A stretch of 64,000 nucleotides of DNA, taken from NCBI RefSeq assembly GCF_006345805.1, contig NW_021832409.1:35750-99749 (forward strand). Direction: 5' to 3'. Source of the stretch: Octopus sinensis (taxonomy: Eukaryota). Below the pieces are notes generated by a model, which had not been told where the DNA came from, did no database searches, and saw only the letters and a program-made list of their open reading frames with translations. Of this stretch, positions 29,460 through 42,576 are shown piece by piece. How positions within the stretch are numbered: the stretch's first letter is position 1; each line of letters begins with the position of its first letter. The translations under genes were made by a program, and so were the position numbers.

Positions 29460-30341
29460 TCAGAGTGACACTGAGAGAAAAGACGGCACATAATAACATG
29501 AAAATGAATGAGAACAGAATATTATATTTATGCTAATTTCGAGGAAACAGAAAAAGAAGAGGGAAAGGCAGAGAGCATAATAAAGTGGAGAAGTGAGATA
29601 GAACATGATGGTGCTGGTGATAGAGCGAGAATGTACATGATAATGTGGACAAGAGAGACACGTGACTGAGCATAATAATGTCGAGAAAATGGAGAAAAAG
29701 AAATACAATGTATTAATATGGGCAATAATGTATGCAGAACATAAATTAACATGAAGCGGTGGGGGTGGGGGAGTATGATAATATGGATAAAGAAAAGATG
29801 AAACAGAAAATGATAATGTAGAAATGATGGTAGAGAAAGAAGGTGAGAGAAGCAGAGACAGAGAGACAGAGAGGCAGTGAGAGGGATAGACAGAAAGAGA
29901 GGGAGAGAGAGTTTGAAAGTTTGAAGGCGCGAAAAGAAAACGGAGCTTGATAACGTGGAGGAGGGAAAAGAGAATATGAAAGAGAAATACGTGATAAGGA
30001 AGAGCGAAAATAGTAAGAGAGAGAGGGAGAGGGGGTAGAGGGGGAGAGTGGGAGGGAGAGAAAGGAGGGAGAGAAAGGAGAGAGAGAGTGTGTGAGAGAG
30101 TGTGATGCACACACACACAGAAAGAGAGACACACATAAACAGAAGGAGAGTGAGACACATAAACACAGAGAAAGAGATATAGAGAGAGATATACTCACAC
30201 GCTCATACACACACAAACAGAGAGAGAGAGAGAGAGGAGAGGAGAGAGAGAGAGAGAGAGAGAGTCACACACACACATACACAGAAAAGAGAGGAGAGAA
30301 AACAGAAACAGGACACACCGGAGAAAGAGAGACAGACACAC

Positions 30342-30380
<39 letters not shown>

Positions 30381-31356
30381 CACACATAAACAGAAAGAGA
30401 GCGAGAGAGAGAGAGAGGGCGGGTTGATATGATAATGTCGAAAGAAAACCGAGTGGAACATGATAATGTGGCGAGGAGAGATAGAGAGAAATGCAGGAGG
30501 AGATAATGTAGGGGACAGATATGATAATGTTGGAAGCTGGTGCATGGAGATGTGGAGGTGAGCTGCTTTGTGATAATGTAGGGGAAAGAAAGAAATGTGA
30601 TGTGATGCTTAGAAGAAGGAAAGGAAGAGAAAGATAGAAAGAGGATGAGAGCGATAGAGAAAGAGTAAGAGAAGGGGAAGAAGGCAGAGAGTGAAGAAAG
30701 TAAGGGAGAGAGATAAACAGAGAGAGGGAGGGAGAAAGAGAGAGAAATGTTGTGCGTCTGAGACACACAGCAAGAGAAATAAAGACACAGTGAATCAGTG
30801 TTAGCGGGAGAAATATACGTGGAGAGAGAGAGAGAAAAAGAGAGACAGAACGTTGATCGTGTGTGTGCGTCTGTATGTGTGTGTATGTGGTGGAGTTAAA
30901 AAAATAGAGAGAGAGTGGGAGAGACAGAGAGAGAAAGAAAGAGAGAGGGAGAGTTATCGTAATAGAGAGACAGAGAGGCAGAAAGACGAAGGGAAGTGGT
31001 GCGCTCGTGATTAAAGACAGTGACAGAGATACGGACGTTGAGAGAAAAAGATGGGAAATGAAATTTGTGGATTAAGGGAGAGAGAGAGAGAGGAAGGGAG
31101 AAAGAGAGAGAGAGAGAAGGGGAGTTATCGAAACAGATAGACAGAGATGGAGAAAGATGGAGGGAAGTGGTGCGTGCGTGATAAAGGCAGTGACAGAGAT
31201 ATAGACATTGGTAGTAAAAAGATGGGAAAAGAAATTTGTGGATTGACAGAGAGAAAGAGAGAGAAAGAGAGACAAAGAGAGACAAAGAGATGGTATATGT
31301 GTGATAAAGGCAGACTTAGAAACAGAGAGAAGGAACAGAAAAGAAAAAGTCAGTGC

Positions 31357-31392
<36 letters not shown>

Positions 31393-31470
31393 CAGACAGA
31401 CAGACAGATAGACAGGCAGAGAGAGAGAGAGAGAGAGAGATAGAGACAGAGAGATTGCGTCTGGTCAAGG
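29460..31470. repeat. About 2 kb purine-rich (GA)n-derived low-complexity tract
   Basis: Strong purine bias on the + strand; contains a ~175-bp diverged tandem duplication (about 30945-31080 and 31120-31250). Confidence 0.8.
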
Positions 31471-31639
31471 GGGGCAGAAGGAGAAATTCACACAAAAGAA
31501 GTGTGACAATTGTATTGATATTTAAATGGTGTGCAAGGTTTCAAATGTGACTTCAAGCCAATTTCATTCCTTTTGGCATTGTGAAGGAATCAATACAATA
31601 CAATGTTAGGTGTCTGGGTGGGGGTGGGAAAGTGAGGTG

Positions 31640-32770
31640 TGTGAAGGGGATCATGGTGGTGGTGGTGGTGGTAGTGATACAGGTGGTGCCGTGATAATGG
31701 TAGTGGTGGTTATAGTGGTAATATAATAACGGGATAGTATGACGGTGGCGGTGGTGATGGTTCATCCTCGATTACAGTAGTGGTTGCGGTGGCGGTTGTA
31801 GTTTTGGTGATGGCGATAATGTTGAAGTGATACTGTGGTACTGGTGCTGGTGTAGGTGGCGTGGCAGATTGTGGAAGGGGTCTAAGTGATGGCGTTAGCG
31901 GCGACATTGCAAACTGTTGTAGTAGTGGTGGTGGTGGCTTTGGTTGTGGTAGTGGTTGTAGTAATGGTAGTAGCAATGATGGTAGCGGTACTGTTGATTC
32001 TAGAGACAGCTGTGGTAGTAGTTGCGGTATTAGTGATGGTGGTGGTGGTGGCACTCAGAGGATATGGTGGTGGTGGCACTCAGAGGATATGGTGGTGGAC
32101 GCGGTGGTAAGGCTGGTGGTGGCGGTGGTGGTGTTGGTGGTGGTGTTGGTGGTGGTGTTGGTGGTGATGGGAGTGATGGTACTGAGATGATACGGTGGTG
32201 GGCGCGGTGGTAGGGTAATGGTAGTGGTGGCGGAAGTGGTGGTGGTTGTAGTGGTGGTGATGGTGGAGGGGAGAGATTTTGTGGTGATGTTGATACATTT
32301 TACAGTACGGGTAGTGGTAATGTTGATTACGAAGATAGTGGTGGTAATAGTCGCCATGTTGTTGCTACAGGTTGTGGTGGTGTTGGTGCTGGTGTTGGTG
32401 GTGTTGGTGTTGGTGGTGGCGGTTGTGGCACCGGGATGGTGCGGTGGTTGTGTTAAAGACTGTCAATTTCATGCATTCGTTTCAATGGTAGTAGCAGTGA
32501 GCGTGATGCTGAGCGTGGTGGGGAGGAATGTCCGTAGTAGTAGATGTGTTAGTGGTACTGTTGGTTCTAGATGCTGAACTGGTATGGGTTGTACTGGTGG
32601 TGATAGTGGTGGGGATGGGGATGATGGTGGTGGTGGTGGTGGTCGTCGTCGTTGTCGTTGTGCTGGTTGCTATCGTCTTAAACGTTGGTCGTGGTGAGAG
32701 TGGTGATGACGATGATGCTGGTAGTGGTAGAAGAGATGGGTGTTTGGTGGTGGTGGGGGGGGATATAGCG
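31640..32770. repeat. Degenerate (GGT)n low-complexity tract
   Basis: Direct reading; includes a 24-bp duplication ggtggtggtggcactcagaggatat at ~32041-32088. Confidence 0.8.
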
Positions 32771-32852
32771 GTGGTAGTTTTAGACTTGTTTAAAAGACAT
32801 CAATGGGCAGAGAGAGATCGATTGATCGACAAACAGACAGACAGACTGACAG

Positions 32853-32883
<31 letters not shown>

Positions 32884-32887
32884 CAGT

Positions 32888-33059
<172 letters not shown>

Positions 33060-33060
33060 T

Positions 33061-33154
33061 TTCTTTATTAGCCACACAGGGCTGCACACAGACGGGACAA
33101 ATTACAAGGTAGAGCTTTTCTTTTTGGGGATAAAAAAGTGGGGTTGGTTTGGTT

Positions 33155-33155
<1 letters not shown>
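33061..33155 (-). mobile_element. Extreme 3' end of the L1/Tx1-like LINE
   Basis: ttctttattagccacacagggctgcacacagacgggacaaattacaaggtagagc, between (GATA)n tracts. Confidence 0.75.
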
Positions 33156-33241
<86 letters not shown>

Positions 33242-34163
33242 ATACACAGACAAACATCCGTACTGACATAGAGCTAGATAGATACACACGGACAGTGACA
33301 GACAGCGTGATAGATAGACAGACACACAGATAGATAGATAAAGAGAGAGAGTGGCATTCAGACAGACAAATATAAAGATAGAGAGCGTGACAGGCAGACA
33401 GGCGACAATAATTGAATGAGAAAGAGAAACAAGAGATCTTAGATAATTAAACAAAAACCAGGAGATAAAACCAAAATATCTCTTGCAAAGATAAGTATTT
33501 ATACAGCCTTGTGAAATCGTATTTAATTCAATACTCGATAAATCATCTGAATATACTCGATGTGAAATATCGGCAGTAAATATCAGATCTGTAATTATGC
33601 TCTGCAGTTGTATAAATACAGCTGTAGTATTCGGTGCCCCCTGTATATGGGAGTACATGTGGAACACACCTAATACACGATTGGTTGGTTTTGTGAAATA
33701 CTTCAAATATATAAGTGAAATTCCATTGTCAGATTTGTACACACACACACACACACACACTGCCTCTCTCTCTATCTCCTATGTATATCTTTATGTAATA
33801 CGTATGCATTCTTACATAATCCAATGTACGATACGCATACATGCATATATATCTACATATGTGTTATATATGCGTGTGTATATATATATTAACACACGGT
33901 CGTACTGAAGCAACACCGTGAATGAGTGCGACTTACCAGGATATATGCACATGTGTATTTTATATGTGTGTGTATATGCATGAATGAGTGAGTGGTAAGA
34001 GGACAAAGGAAAGAAAAGGGCACTCATAACATTTAGTAGGAGCTTGATACGGTTCCTTGTGACTTAAGGTTTCGCAGCCTTCTACCAGAAGTCCCTCTTT
34101 TTGAGACTTCTGTTAAAGGTCTACAAAACCTTTACTCGGATGGAACTGTATCAAGTTGTTTTA

Positions 34164-34203
<40 letters not shown>

Positions 34204-34348
34204 TGTGTGTGTATGTATGTACGTATGCATGTATGTATATACGTATATATATATATATATATATATATTGGTAAAAACGGTAAGATAACAAAAGAAAGAA
34301 AGAGACCTCAATATTATGTACATAGAGGAAATTTATCTATAAAATAAT

Positions 34349-34981
34349 ATGACCTTCAATATAGGTAAATATTTCTTAACACTGATAGATAGACATTTTC
34401 CAGTTAACCATACTTATAGGAAACTCTTCAATAAACACAATTTAAAAATTAGTTTTAGTTCAACTACCAGTTTTAAAAATATAATCACACATAAAACAAA
34501 AAAACTACAACAAGAAAACAGCTGTTCATGCAGGAATAAAAAATTGTGCCCGCTAAATGGAGCTTGCATGTCCGAGACCATCATCTATGAAGCTACCGTG
34601 GACTCTATAACCACTAAAGACACCGTTTCGACGAAGAAATACGTGGGCCTTACAGAGGGTAATTTCAATGCCAGGTTCAATAACCACACCTGGAGTTTTA
34701 GGCACTGGAACAAAAGAAAAGCGACAAAATTATCTAATCATATTTGGTCTTTAAAAGATAAGGGTTTTGATTATAACATCCATTGGAAGATTTTGGCCAA
34801 ATGTAAGCCCTACACCAACGGCAGCGGAAAGTGCCGTCTATGCGACATGGAGAGATGGCTTATCTGGAAAAGCAGCTTAGACCCTACTACATGTCTAAAC
34901 TCAAGGACAGAACATTTCGGATCATGCCCTCATGTGACAAAATTTTTGTTACGTGTTTGGTCCCCTAAAGAAAACAGATAG
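34349..34981 (+). mobile_element. Penelope-like element C-terminal GIY-YIG endonuclease region (stop-free, 210 aa, no RT)
   Basis: CSCRNKKLCPLNGAC (Cys-rich linker), TIIYEATV...KYVGLTEGNFNARFNNH (GIY-YIG variant), TKLSNHIWSLK, CRLCDME, LNSRTEHFGSCPH. Confidence 0.85.
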
Positions 34982-35179
34982 AACTTGCTTTCTATATTAT
35001 GTCCCAAAAGTTTTTTTTATCTCATTATACATTTTATTATAATATAAGAATGCATATATATATAGACGTTTTTACTTAGTATTTTTCCTTTTTTTTTGGG
35101 GGGGGGCATATTTATATATATATATATTCGAGTTTTTCATATATATACACATTCATATATTTTTTTATATTTCACCTGT

Positions 35180-35367
35180 TTCAGTCATTTGGCTGCGTCC
35201 ATACTGTGGCACCGCTGTACTTACTTTTTAAAGCCTAGAGCTTATTCTATCGGTCTCTTATGCAGAACCGCTAGGTTACACCTGCGTACACACCAGCACC
35301 GGCTGTCGAACGGTGATAGGGTACAAACGCAAACACAAGCACAAAGACACTCACACACGTATATATG

Positions 35368-35399
<32 letters not shown>

Positions 35400-35535
35400 A
35401 TAAACGTATGAGTCTATATATATATATACGTGACGGGCTTCTTTCAGTTTCCGTCTAATCAAACAACTCACACAGTGGGATTGAATCCGGAACATATGTG
35501 GTTGCGAATCAATCTTTTTACCTCACAGCCCGAAA
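35180..35535. mobile_element. SINE with internal microsatellite
   Basis: tttcagtcatttggctgcg...cttattctatcggtctc...(AT)n...gacgggcttctttcagtttccgtc; related pieces at 25790-26250, 43755-43830 and 63375-63560. Confidence 0.6.
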
Positions 35536-35654
35536 GATACATGTACAAAGTTATGGGGCAGAAGTTGACAGTTTACATAAAAGAAAAGAATGAAAGTATT
35601 AAGAAAAAATCAGAAATTATCAAGTAGATTATGGCTGGGAGGGGTAACAGTTTT

Positions 35655-36690
35655 CAAAATGTAGCTGCCTTTAACTTCATGACGGCTCCGGGTAACACAG
35701 GCGTTTATCACCGTGTGCGTGGGAAGATCTTCGAAAACTTCCTTGATGCTGCACCCAACCTCGGCCTTGGTAGCTAGGCAAAGTGGTTGGCGTGTTTATC
35801 AACCACCCCACACATATATTAATCCCGGATATTATAATCGGGGGGAAAATTAGGAATCCAGAAATTGGGGCTGATGAAGTAGAAATTCTCCGACATCTTC
35901 TTATGACTCTTTTCGTCAATTTCTTCTTTTTTTCATTGTCTTTTATTCATTATTTATTTTGGTTAATATTCTCTTAATTTATTTAAATATTTATTCGTTT
36001 ATTTTTACTTACTTAGCAAGTATTGTCAAACGGTCTATTCGGGTTTGATCCCAGCATTCGTAAATTCACCCCGTACAGACCCCTCATCTCTCCAAACTTA
36101 GCTACAACCAAGGAAGATATTTGTAAGAATCAATATGCAACGAGTCTTTCATTAGTGTTGAAGAATCAATTTTTACGAATAGAGCTAATTCTTCAAGCAA
36201 CACAAGTTAAAATGTTTCGTCAACAAGAAACGTGGCAGGGGAATTTCTTCCAACAAATTTTGAAAGATATCGCTTCAAAAAGTTTCAATTTCGAGTGTTC
36301 CAGTCGGATGTAAAGGTGACAGAATTACTTCACTGAGGGAAATCATTCATCATTATGATTCAGGCAGGAACAAGGATGATAAGTCAGTAATTGGCATTGA
36401 ACAGCAACACTCGTCTCCTTCTGCAACAAATATGGATTTCTGGAAGCAACTCTTTTCAACCAGAATTTTACCACTATCTCCAGCAGCTTCACGTAGACAT
36501 CTGAATTTGTCCTAAACCCTTGTTCAAAGATATGCGGCGGTACGACATCATCATCACTGGAGATACAGCCAAGGACCATCACATTCTGGCGGGATATGGT
36601 TTTCATGATGTCCATGTGAACATCTTACAGCCTTTTCAATGTTCATGAAGCATTGAGCAGTAATCATGATGTGACTATCTTGATACCTGG
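35655..36690 (-). mobile_element. Fragmented Tc1/mariner-superfamily transposase relic
   Basis: 36343-36615 reads VMVLGCISSDDDVVPPHIFEQGFRTNSDVYVKLLEIVVKFWLKRVA (DDE/D core-like). About 35665-35790 reads IKEVFEDLPTHTVINAC..RSRHEVKGSY (C-terminus-like). Interrupted by 35830-36160. Confidence 0.7.
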
Positions 36691-36702
36691 TGCTAATAAT
36701 CT

Positions 36703-37004
36703 TTATTATTTATGCGCCCTTTTCAAGCCTAGCCAGGCTCATGGGCCCGGTTTCCTGGTTCTGTGATTCCCCCAGCTGGACGGGACACCACTCCATCGCA
36801 GCGTTACCCAAGAAACAGGAAGAAAGAGTGAGAGAAAGTTGGGGCGAAAGAGTACAACAGGGGTCGCCACCACCACCTGACGGAGCCTCGTGGAGCTTTA
36901 GGTGTTTTCGTTCAATAAACATACACAACGCCCGGTCTGGGAATCGAAACCGCGATCCTCTGACCGCGAGTCTGCTGCCCTAACCACTGGGCCATTGCGC
37001 CTCC
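36703..37004 (-). mobile_element. tRNA-derived SINE, full length
   Basis: Minus strand starts ggaggcgcaatggcccagtggttagggcagc...ggtttcgattccc (A and B boxes) and ends in an (AAT)-rich tail. Confidence 0.85.
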
Positions 37005-37419
37005 AATCATCGTGAGACTGCTAACATTTCTGTAATATACAGGAGGCTTCCAATCCTCTATATTTTTCCTCTAAATTTTTCTTTATCTATATACCCGCCA
37101 GCGTTGTTGACCGTTCACCAATAAATCGATGTGTCCTTGAAAAAGACAGACATAAAAAAGCGTGATATTTAGTTTGAACACCCCGTACATAAAGTGCACA
37201 CATACACGCATTTATGTGCCTTTAAAACTTTACTGCCACGTTTCAAATTTGTATGCTCACAGACATACATATTTTTGCGTAATACACATGCATTCATATC
37301 TACTGATGCATATGACATGTATATATACATAAATAGACTTAATGACACACTCGCATGCATATGTATATATGCATATACATATACATACATTCATATACAT
37401 ATATATAATTTTGTATGTA

Positions 37420-37685
37420 ATATAATTTTTAATCTTAAGATTTTAAAAATATGTTAAGCCTCTGGTTTTAATTGATTAATATCAATTTCTATCCTCAATA
37501 TTTAATTTCGCTAGCCACTACACATTCTTTATTTTCTCCCCTTGTTTCTTTCTGTGTTCCTTTATATAGAAGAGCGTAGACTCGAAACGTTAAAGTCTTT
37601 TTCACTTCCCAAACGTTAAACTAATACATCTGTTTGTTGTCTACACTACCTGTCTTCGTCTTTTGTTTTTCTTTTGGGGAATTCT

Positions 37686-37690
<5 letters not shown>
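37420..37690 (+). mobile_element. Probable Penelope pLTR-derived non-coding repeat in (TA)n
   Basis: 5' part ctggttttaattgattaatatcaatttctatcctcaat matches the reverse complement of spacer B of the 53-54 kb element. Carries gaagagcgtagactcgaaacg. Its 3' end resembles 54638-54690 and 55790-55878. Confidence 0.5.
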
Positions 37691-37720
<30 letters not shown>

Positions 37721-37844
37721 CGTAAAAGGTTGAATTAGATTCGACCTTTACTAGGTGGTTTCAAAAAGATTTCTAATATTGATTCTTCATATAATGCTGG
37801 TAGTTTACAGGTGTAAATTTGCGAAGATATGAAAATAATACTTG

Positions 37845-38491
37845 TATATGATGTGTTGTGAATTTATGGAAAGAAACCCCATAAAACTCAACAATTATGT
37901 TAGAAATAGACAAGAGAAGATGTTAAAATATATAAGAGAATTTTAATTCATGCAGACGATCGTTTCGTACAGAGATATAAAGATCATGCGAATTCGTAGT
38001 TGAAATTAATCAATTAAATTAATTAAATTAATTATATATCACTACTTTTCAGTGCAAGAAGTATAAACAAATTTTTTACAAATAGCTTGAGAAAGGAAAT
38101 AGTAGAATAGAATCTAGGATATTCATATTTATCCTTATGAGTTCAGTTAAGTATTAACTATAACTAAAGGCTATAACGCCCTCACTGGACTTACATCTCT
38201 TTTTCGCATAAGGATAAATGTGAATCTCCTAGATTCTATTCTGCTGTTTCCTTTCTCAAGTCCTTTGTAAAAATTTTATTTATACTTCTTGCACTGAAAA
38301 GTACGGTGATATAGAATTAATTTAATTAATTTAATTAAGTAAATTCAAGCATGAATTTGCATGGTTTTTATATCTCTGTACGAAACGATCGTCTGCATGA
38401 ATTAAAATTCCCTTATTTTATCTTCTCTTTTCCAGTTTTAACAAAATTGTTGAGTTTTATGGGATTTTTTTCCATAAATTCACAACACATC

Positions 38492-38496
<5 letters not shown>
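37845..38496. mobile_element. Fold-back/MITE-like element, arms ~290 bp, spacer ~67 bp
   Basis: 37845-38139 is the diverged reverse complement of 38207-38496 (e.g. aattttaattcatgcagacgatcgtttcgtacagagatataa versus ttatatctctgtacgaaacgatcgtctgcatgaattaaaatt). Confidence 0.85.
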
Positions 38497-38537
<41 letters not shown>

Positions 38538-38879
38538 GTGTGACAAAGATGTCTAAGCATCCATTTATTACGTAATGAATTGACGCTTCTTTGTTATTCA
38601 TTTATATTTTATTCACCTACTCCGGAATCTGCACTTCAGAAGTATTATGGAAAGTATATTTATATAAAGTCCATGTCGGAGCAAACAAGGGCAAATTTAT
38701 TCACTATGTCGGATCATGCCATCCCCATACAAAGTAAGAAAATCAGGGGGAAAAAGTCTGCCTACAGTTTGATACTCACCTGATATTATCTGAGTGTGCA
38801 AATAAGTTCGTCCTAACAAGGCGCCTCAGTTTAAGTACCTAATTCAACTGAATCTAAATTACATTTTGTGTGTGTGTGT

Positions 38880-38934
<55 letters not shown>

Positions 38935-39061
38935 TATAGATAGTGTTCGATATGTATCTACACCGATATGTTTACCTTTATTCAGTGAACATGCATTCAT
39001 ACATACTCATATTTATGGTACATGCATATACATATTGAAACCTTTATTATCATTTTAGTGT

Positions 39062-39362
39062 GGAGGCGCAATGGCCCAGTGGTTAGGGCAGCGAACGCGC
39101 GGTCATAGGATCGCGGCATCGATTCCCAGACCGCGCGTTGTGAATGTTTATTGAGTGAAAACACTTAAAGCTCCACGAGGCTCCGACGGCGGAATGGTGC
39201 GAACCCTGGTCAGACTTGTCACGCTGAATGTCTCTGAGAACTACATTAAGGGTATACGTGTCTGTGGAGTACTCAGCTAACTGTACGTTAATTTCACGAG
39301 CAAGCTGTTCCGTTGATTAGATCAACTGGAACCCTCGTCGTCGTAACCGACGGAGTGCCACG
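39062..39362 (+). mobile_element. tRNA-derived SINE (same head as 36703-37004, different tail)
   Basis: ggaggcgcaatggcccagtggttagggcagc...gattcccagacc...aagctccacgaggctccg. Confidence 0.8.
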
Positions 39363-40605
39363 ACGATTATTTTATCCTCAACGAAGACAACGAGCTGAAC
39401 AGAAACGTTACTGCGCAGGACAAAATGCTCAGGAGAATATATTGCAGTTCTTTACCCATCGAGTTCAAATTCCACCACAACTGATTTTGCCATGCATCCT
39501 TCCAGGGTCGATAAAATTAATATCGGTTGAGCACTGGCGTCGATGGAATGGATGACACCGCTTCCACAAAAATTCAAACTTTGTGCCTATAGTAGAAAGA
39601 ACTATTATGATTAGTAGTAGTAGTAGTAGTAGTAGTAGTTGTTGTTGTTTTTGTTGTAGCGACAGCTCCATGTCATAGCTATTATTTTGGCATATTTTAT
39701 GCAATAAGAAGTAGATAAAACGAGCAATAAAAAACAACACTAATGAAAGACTCATTGCATATTAACTCTTAAAAATATCTTCCTTGGTTGTAGCTAAGTT
39801 TGGATAGGGGAGGGGTCTGTACGGGTGAATTTACGAATGCTGGGATCAAACCCGGATAGACCGTTTGACAATACCATAATCATCCGCTAGCTAAGTAAGT
39901 AAAAATAAACGAATAAATAGATAAATAAATAATTAAATAAATAAAGAGAATATTAACCAAAATAAATAATGAATAAAAGGCAATGAAAAAAGAAGAAAAA
40001 ACAAAGACGAATAGCCGTTCGTTTCTCTTTCTTCGATGCAGTGAGTAAGTCAACTAAACAAGTAAGAAAAACGAATAAGAATAAATAAATATATAAAAGT
40101 ACAATGAAATAAAATGGACGAATAATGTTGAGCAAGCAACACTCAGCATGATTCATTGAAATTTTGTTGTTGGAAAAGTGGTTCATTAGAGATATTTGTG
40201 ATCGTCAGATGATCTTTGAATAGTTAAAATATATTTATAGCTCGATCAATACTGTATCGCTTTGTCTACGGAAAAACGAATAAGATAAACAGCTTCAGAC
40301 GAAATTGGTTAAGTATGTTTTATAAAAGAAGGATAAAGTCGATGTAATTAAATGCTAATACATATGAAAGCTACTTTCTATGAAACAGTGAACACTTCCG
40401 TGATTCCCTTACCAAAATTTTTAGAACGAACATCGGATTCTTGCAAAGATTCGTTAACTTCTGCATTGATATACGAGGCCAACAGAGGTGTAAGTCGTGA
40501 GCTCGTCTTCTGCACATCACCACTGGCACAAGTGCATGTAGGCAAATGGATATATATATATAATATATATATATAATATATATATATATAATATTATATA
40601 TATAT

Positions 40606-40642
<37 letters not shown>

Positions 40643-40648
40643 CTATAT

Positions 40649-40701
<53 letters not shown>

Positions 40702-40740
40702 GATATACATATAAATTATATATACATATATATCCATATA

Positions 40741-40786
<46 letters not shown>

Positions 40787-40965
40787 GTATATGAAAGTAT
40801 CTATCTTCCTTTGTATAACCATGCATGTGCGTTTCTCTACACAATATACACCAGCGTGTATTAGTGTATAACATTAAAGAGTACATAAACAGTGTGTGTA
40901 TCTGCGACTGTATTTGTGTGCATATCCTTCATTCATATATATATATATATATATATATATACATG

Positions 40966-41048
<83 letters not shown>

Positions 41049-41587
41049 CGATAGACATGCACACAACTACACATATATAGCTATCTATCAAGAGATAGCG
41101 AATATGTATATTCTTGTGTGTAAGTTCATATGCATGTGTTTGCTTTGTGTAACATGTACGTGTGCCTGCACGCGTGGTGTGAGTGTGGACGAAGAAAGAA
41201 AGATAAAAAAAAAAGAACGAAAGAGAAAAAGCCGGGAAAAGAATTGATGGAGTAACGAGAACCAATAAGACGGAACACATGTCTTAAACAATTAACTTTC
41301 TATTATATCCAAATATTTCCTCTTCCTTTTTTTCCCCGAGGAATCTTACAATCTCTTCTTTTATCTTTATCTTTCCGTCCTTCTCTTCATTCATCAACCC
41401 CTTACGAACCTTCTTGTCGGTCGTACATCTATCCCATACAAGCTTGTATATATATTTTTTCTACGGCAATGCAGTTCTTGCCGCTTCTTCTATTCGGTCA
41501 GCGTTCATTTTATGTCATACGTCTTTCGTTCTACCTGTCTACAGAACATCCAATCATACAAACCCTTTTTCACTCATTTCCCGACGG

Positions 41588-41649
<62 letters not shown>

Positions 41650-41685
41650 AATCTATCTATCTATCTATCTATCTATCTGTCTGTT

Positions 41686-41766
<81 letters not shown>

Positions 41767-41769
41767 GCC

Positions 41770-41808
<39 letters not shown>

Positions 41809-41838
41809 TTGTCTGTTTGTCTGTCTGTCTATCTATCT

Positions 41839-41871
<33 letters not shown>

Positions 41872-41990
41872 TTATCTATCTAGCTATCTGTCTGTCTGTC
41901 TGTCTGTCTGTTTCTCTGTGTGTCTGTCTAACTGTTTGTCTGTCTATCTCTCTATCTCTCTATCTCTCTATCTATCTATCTATCTATCTA
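41588..41990. repeat. (TCTA/TCTG)n compound tetranucleotide microsatellite
   Basis: Direct reading. Confidence 0.9.
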
Positions 41991-42217
41991 AATTCTACAT
42001 TGTATTGTCCCCTCTGTATTAAGCCCAGCGTAACTGAATAAAGAAATCTGTTTGTCTATCTATATCCCCCTCACTATGTGTATATGTGTATGTGTGTGTG
42101 CGCGTGTATTTCTGTGTCCGTGAATGCGTTAGTGTTTGTGTGTGTGTGTGCAGACGTAACCATACACGCATATACAAGTGTTTCGTGTACGTATATGTGT
42201 TTATGTATTTATGTTGT

Positions 42218-42263
<46 letters not shown>

Positions 42264-42576
42264 GTGAGAGAGAACAAGAGAGGTAGGTGTAATACAGACA
42301 AAAAGTGAGAGAGAGACAGTGAGTATTACAGCGCGAGACAACAGCGTGCTGCAGATGAAACGCAGTGTTTGGAAGTTCGTATCAAGTTCCGGATATTGAA
42401 ATGCATTTTTCATTCATAATACTTAACTTCACACCTGGTGTTCGTACTCTGTACTCTTAATTAAGTTTATACAAGATCAAATAAAAAAAATACCCCACAC
42501 AACCCCTGTCACAGTCCATTAAATGGTAAATGTGTTCTGCTTCATAGACAACAGAATATTCGACCAAATGTAAAGG

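Noticed and set aside
29460-30768. Long Ser/Leu-rich ORFs (up to 232 aa) on the minus strand
   Set aside because: A pyrimidine-rich strand rarely forms stop codons, and the sequence is low complexity.
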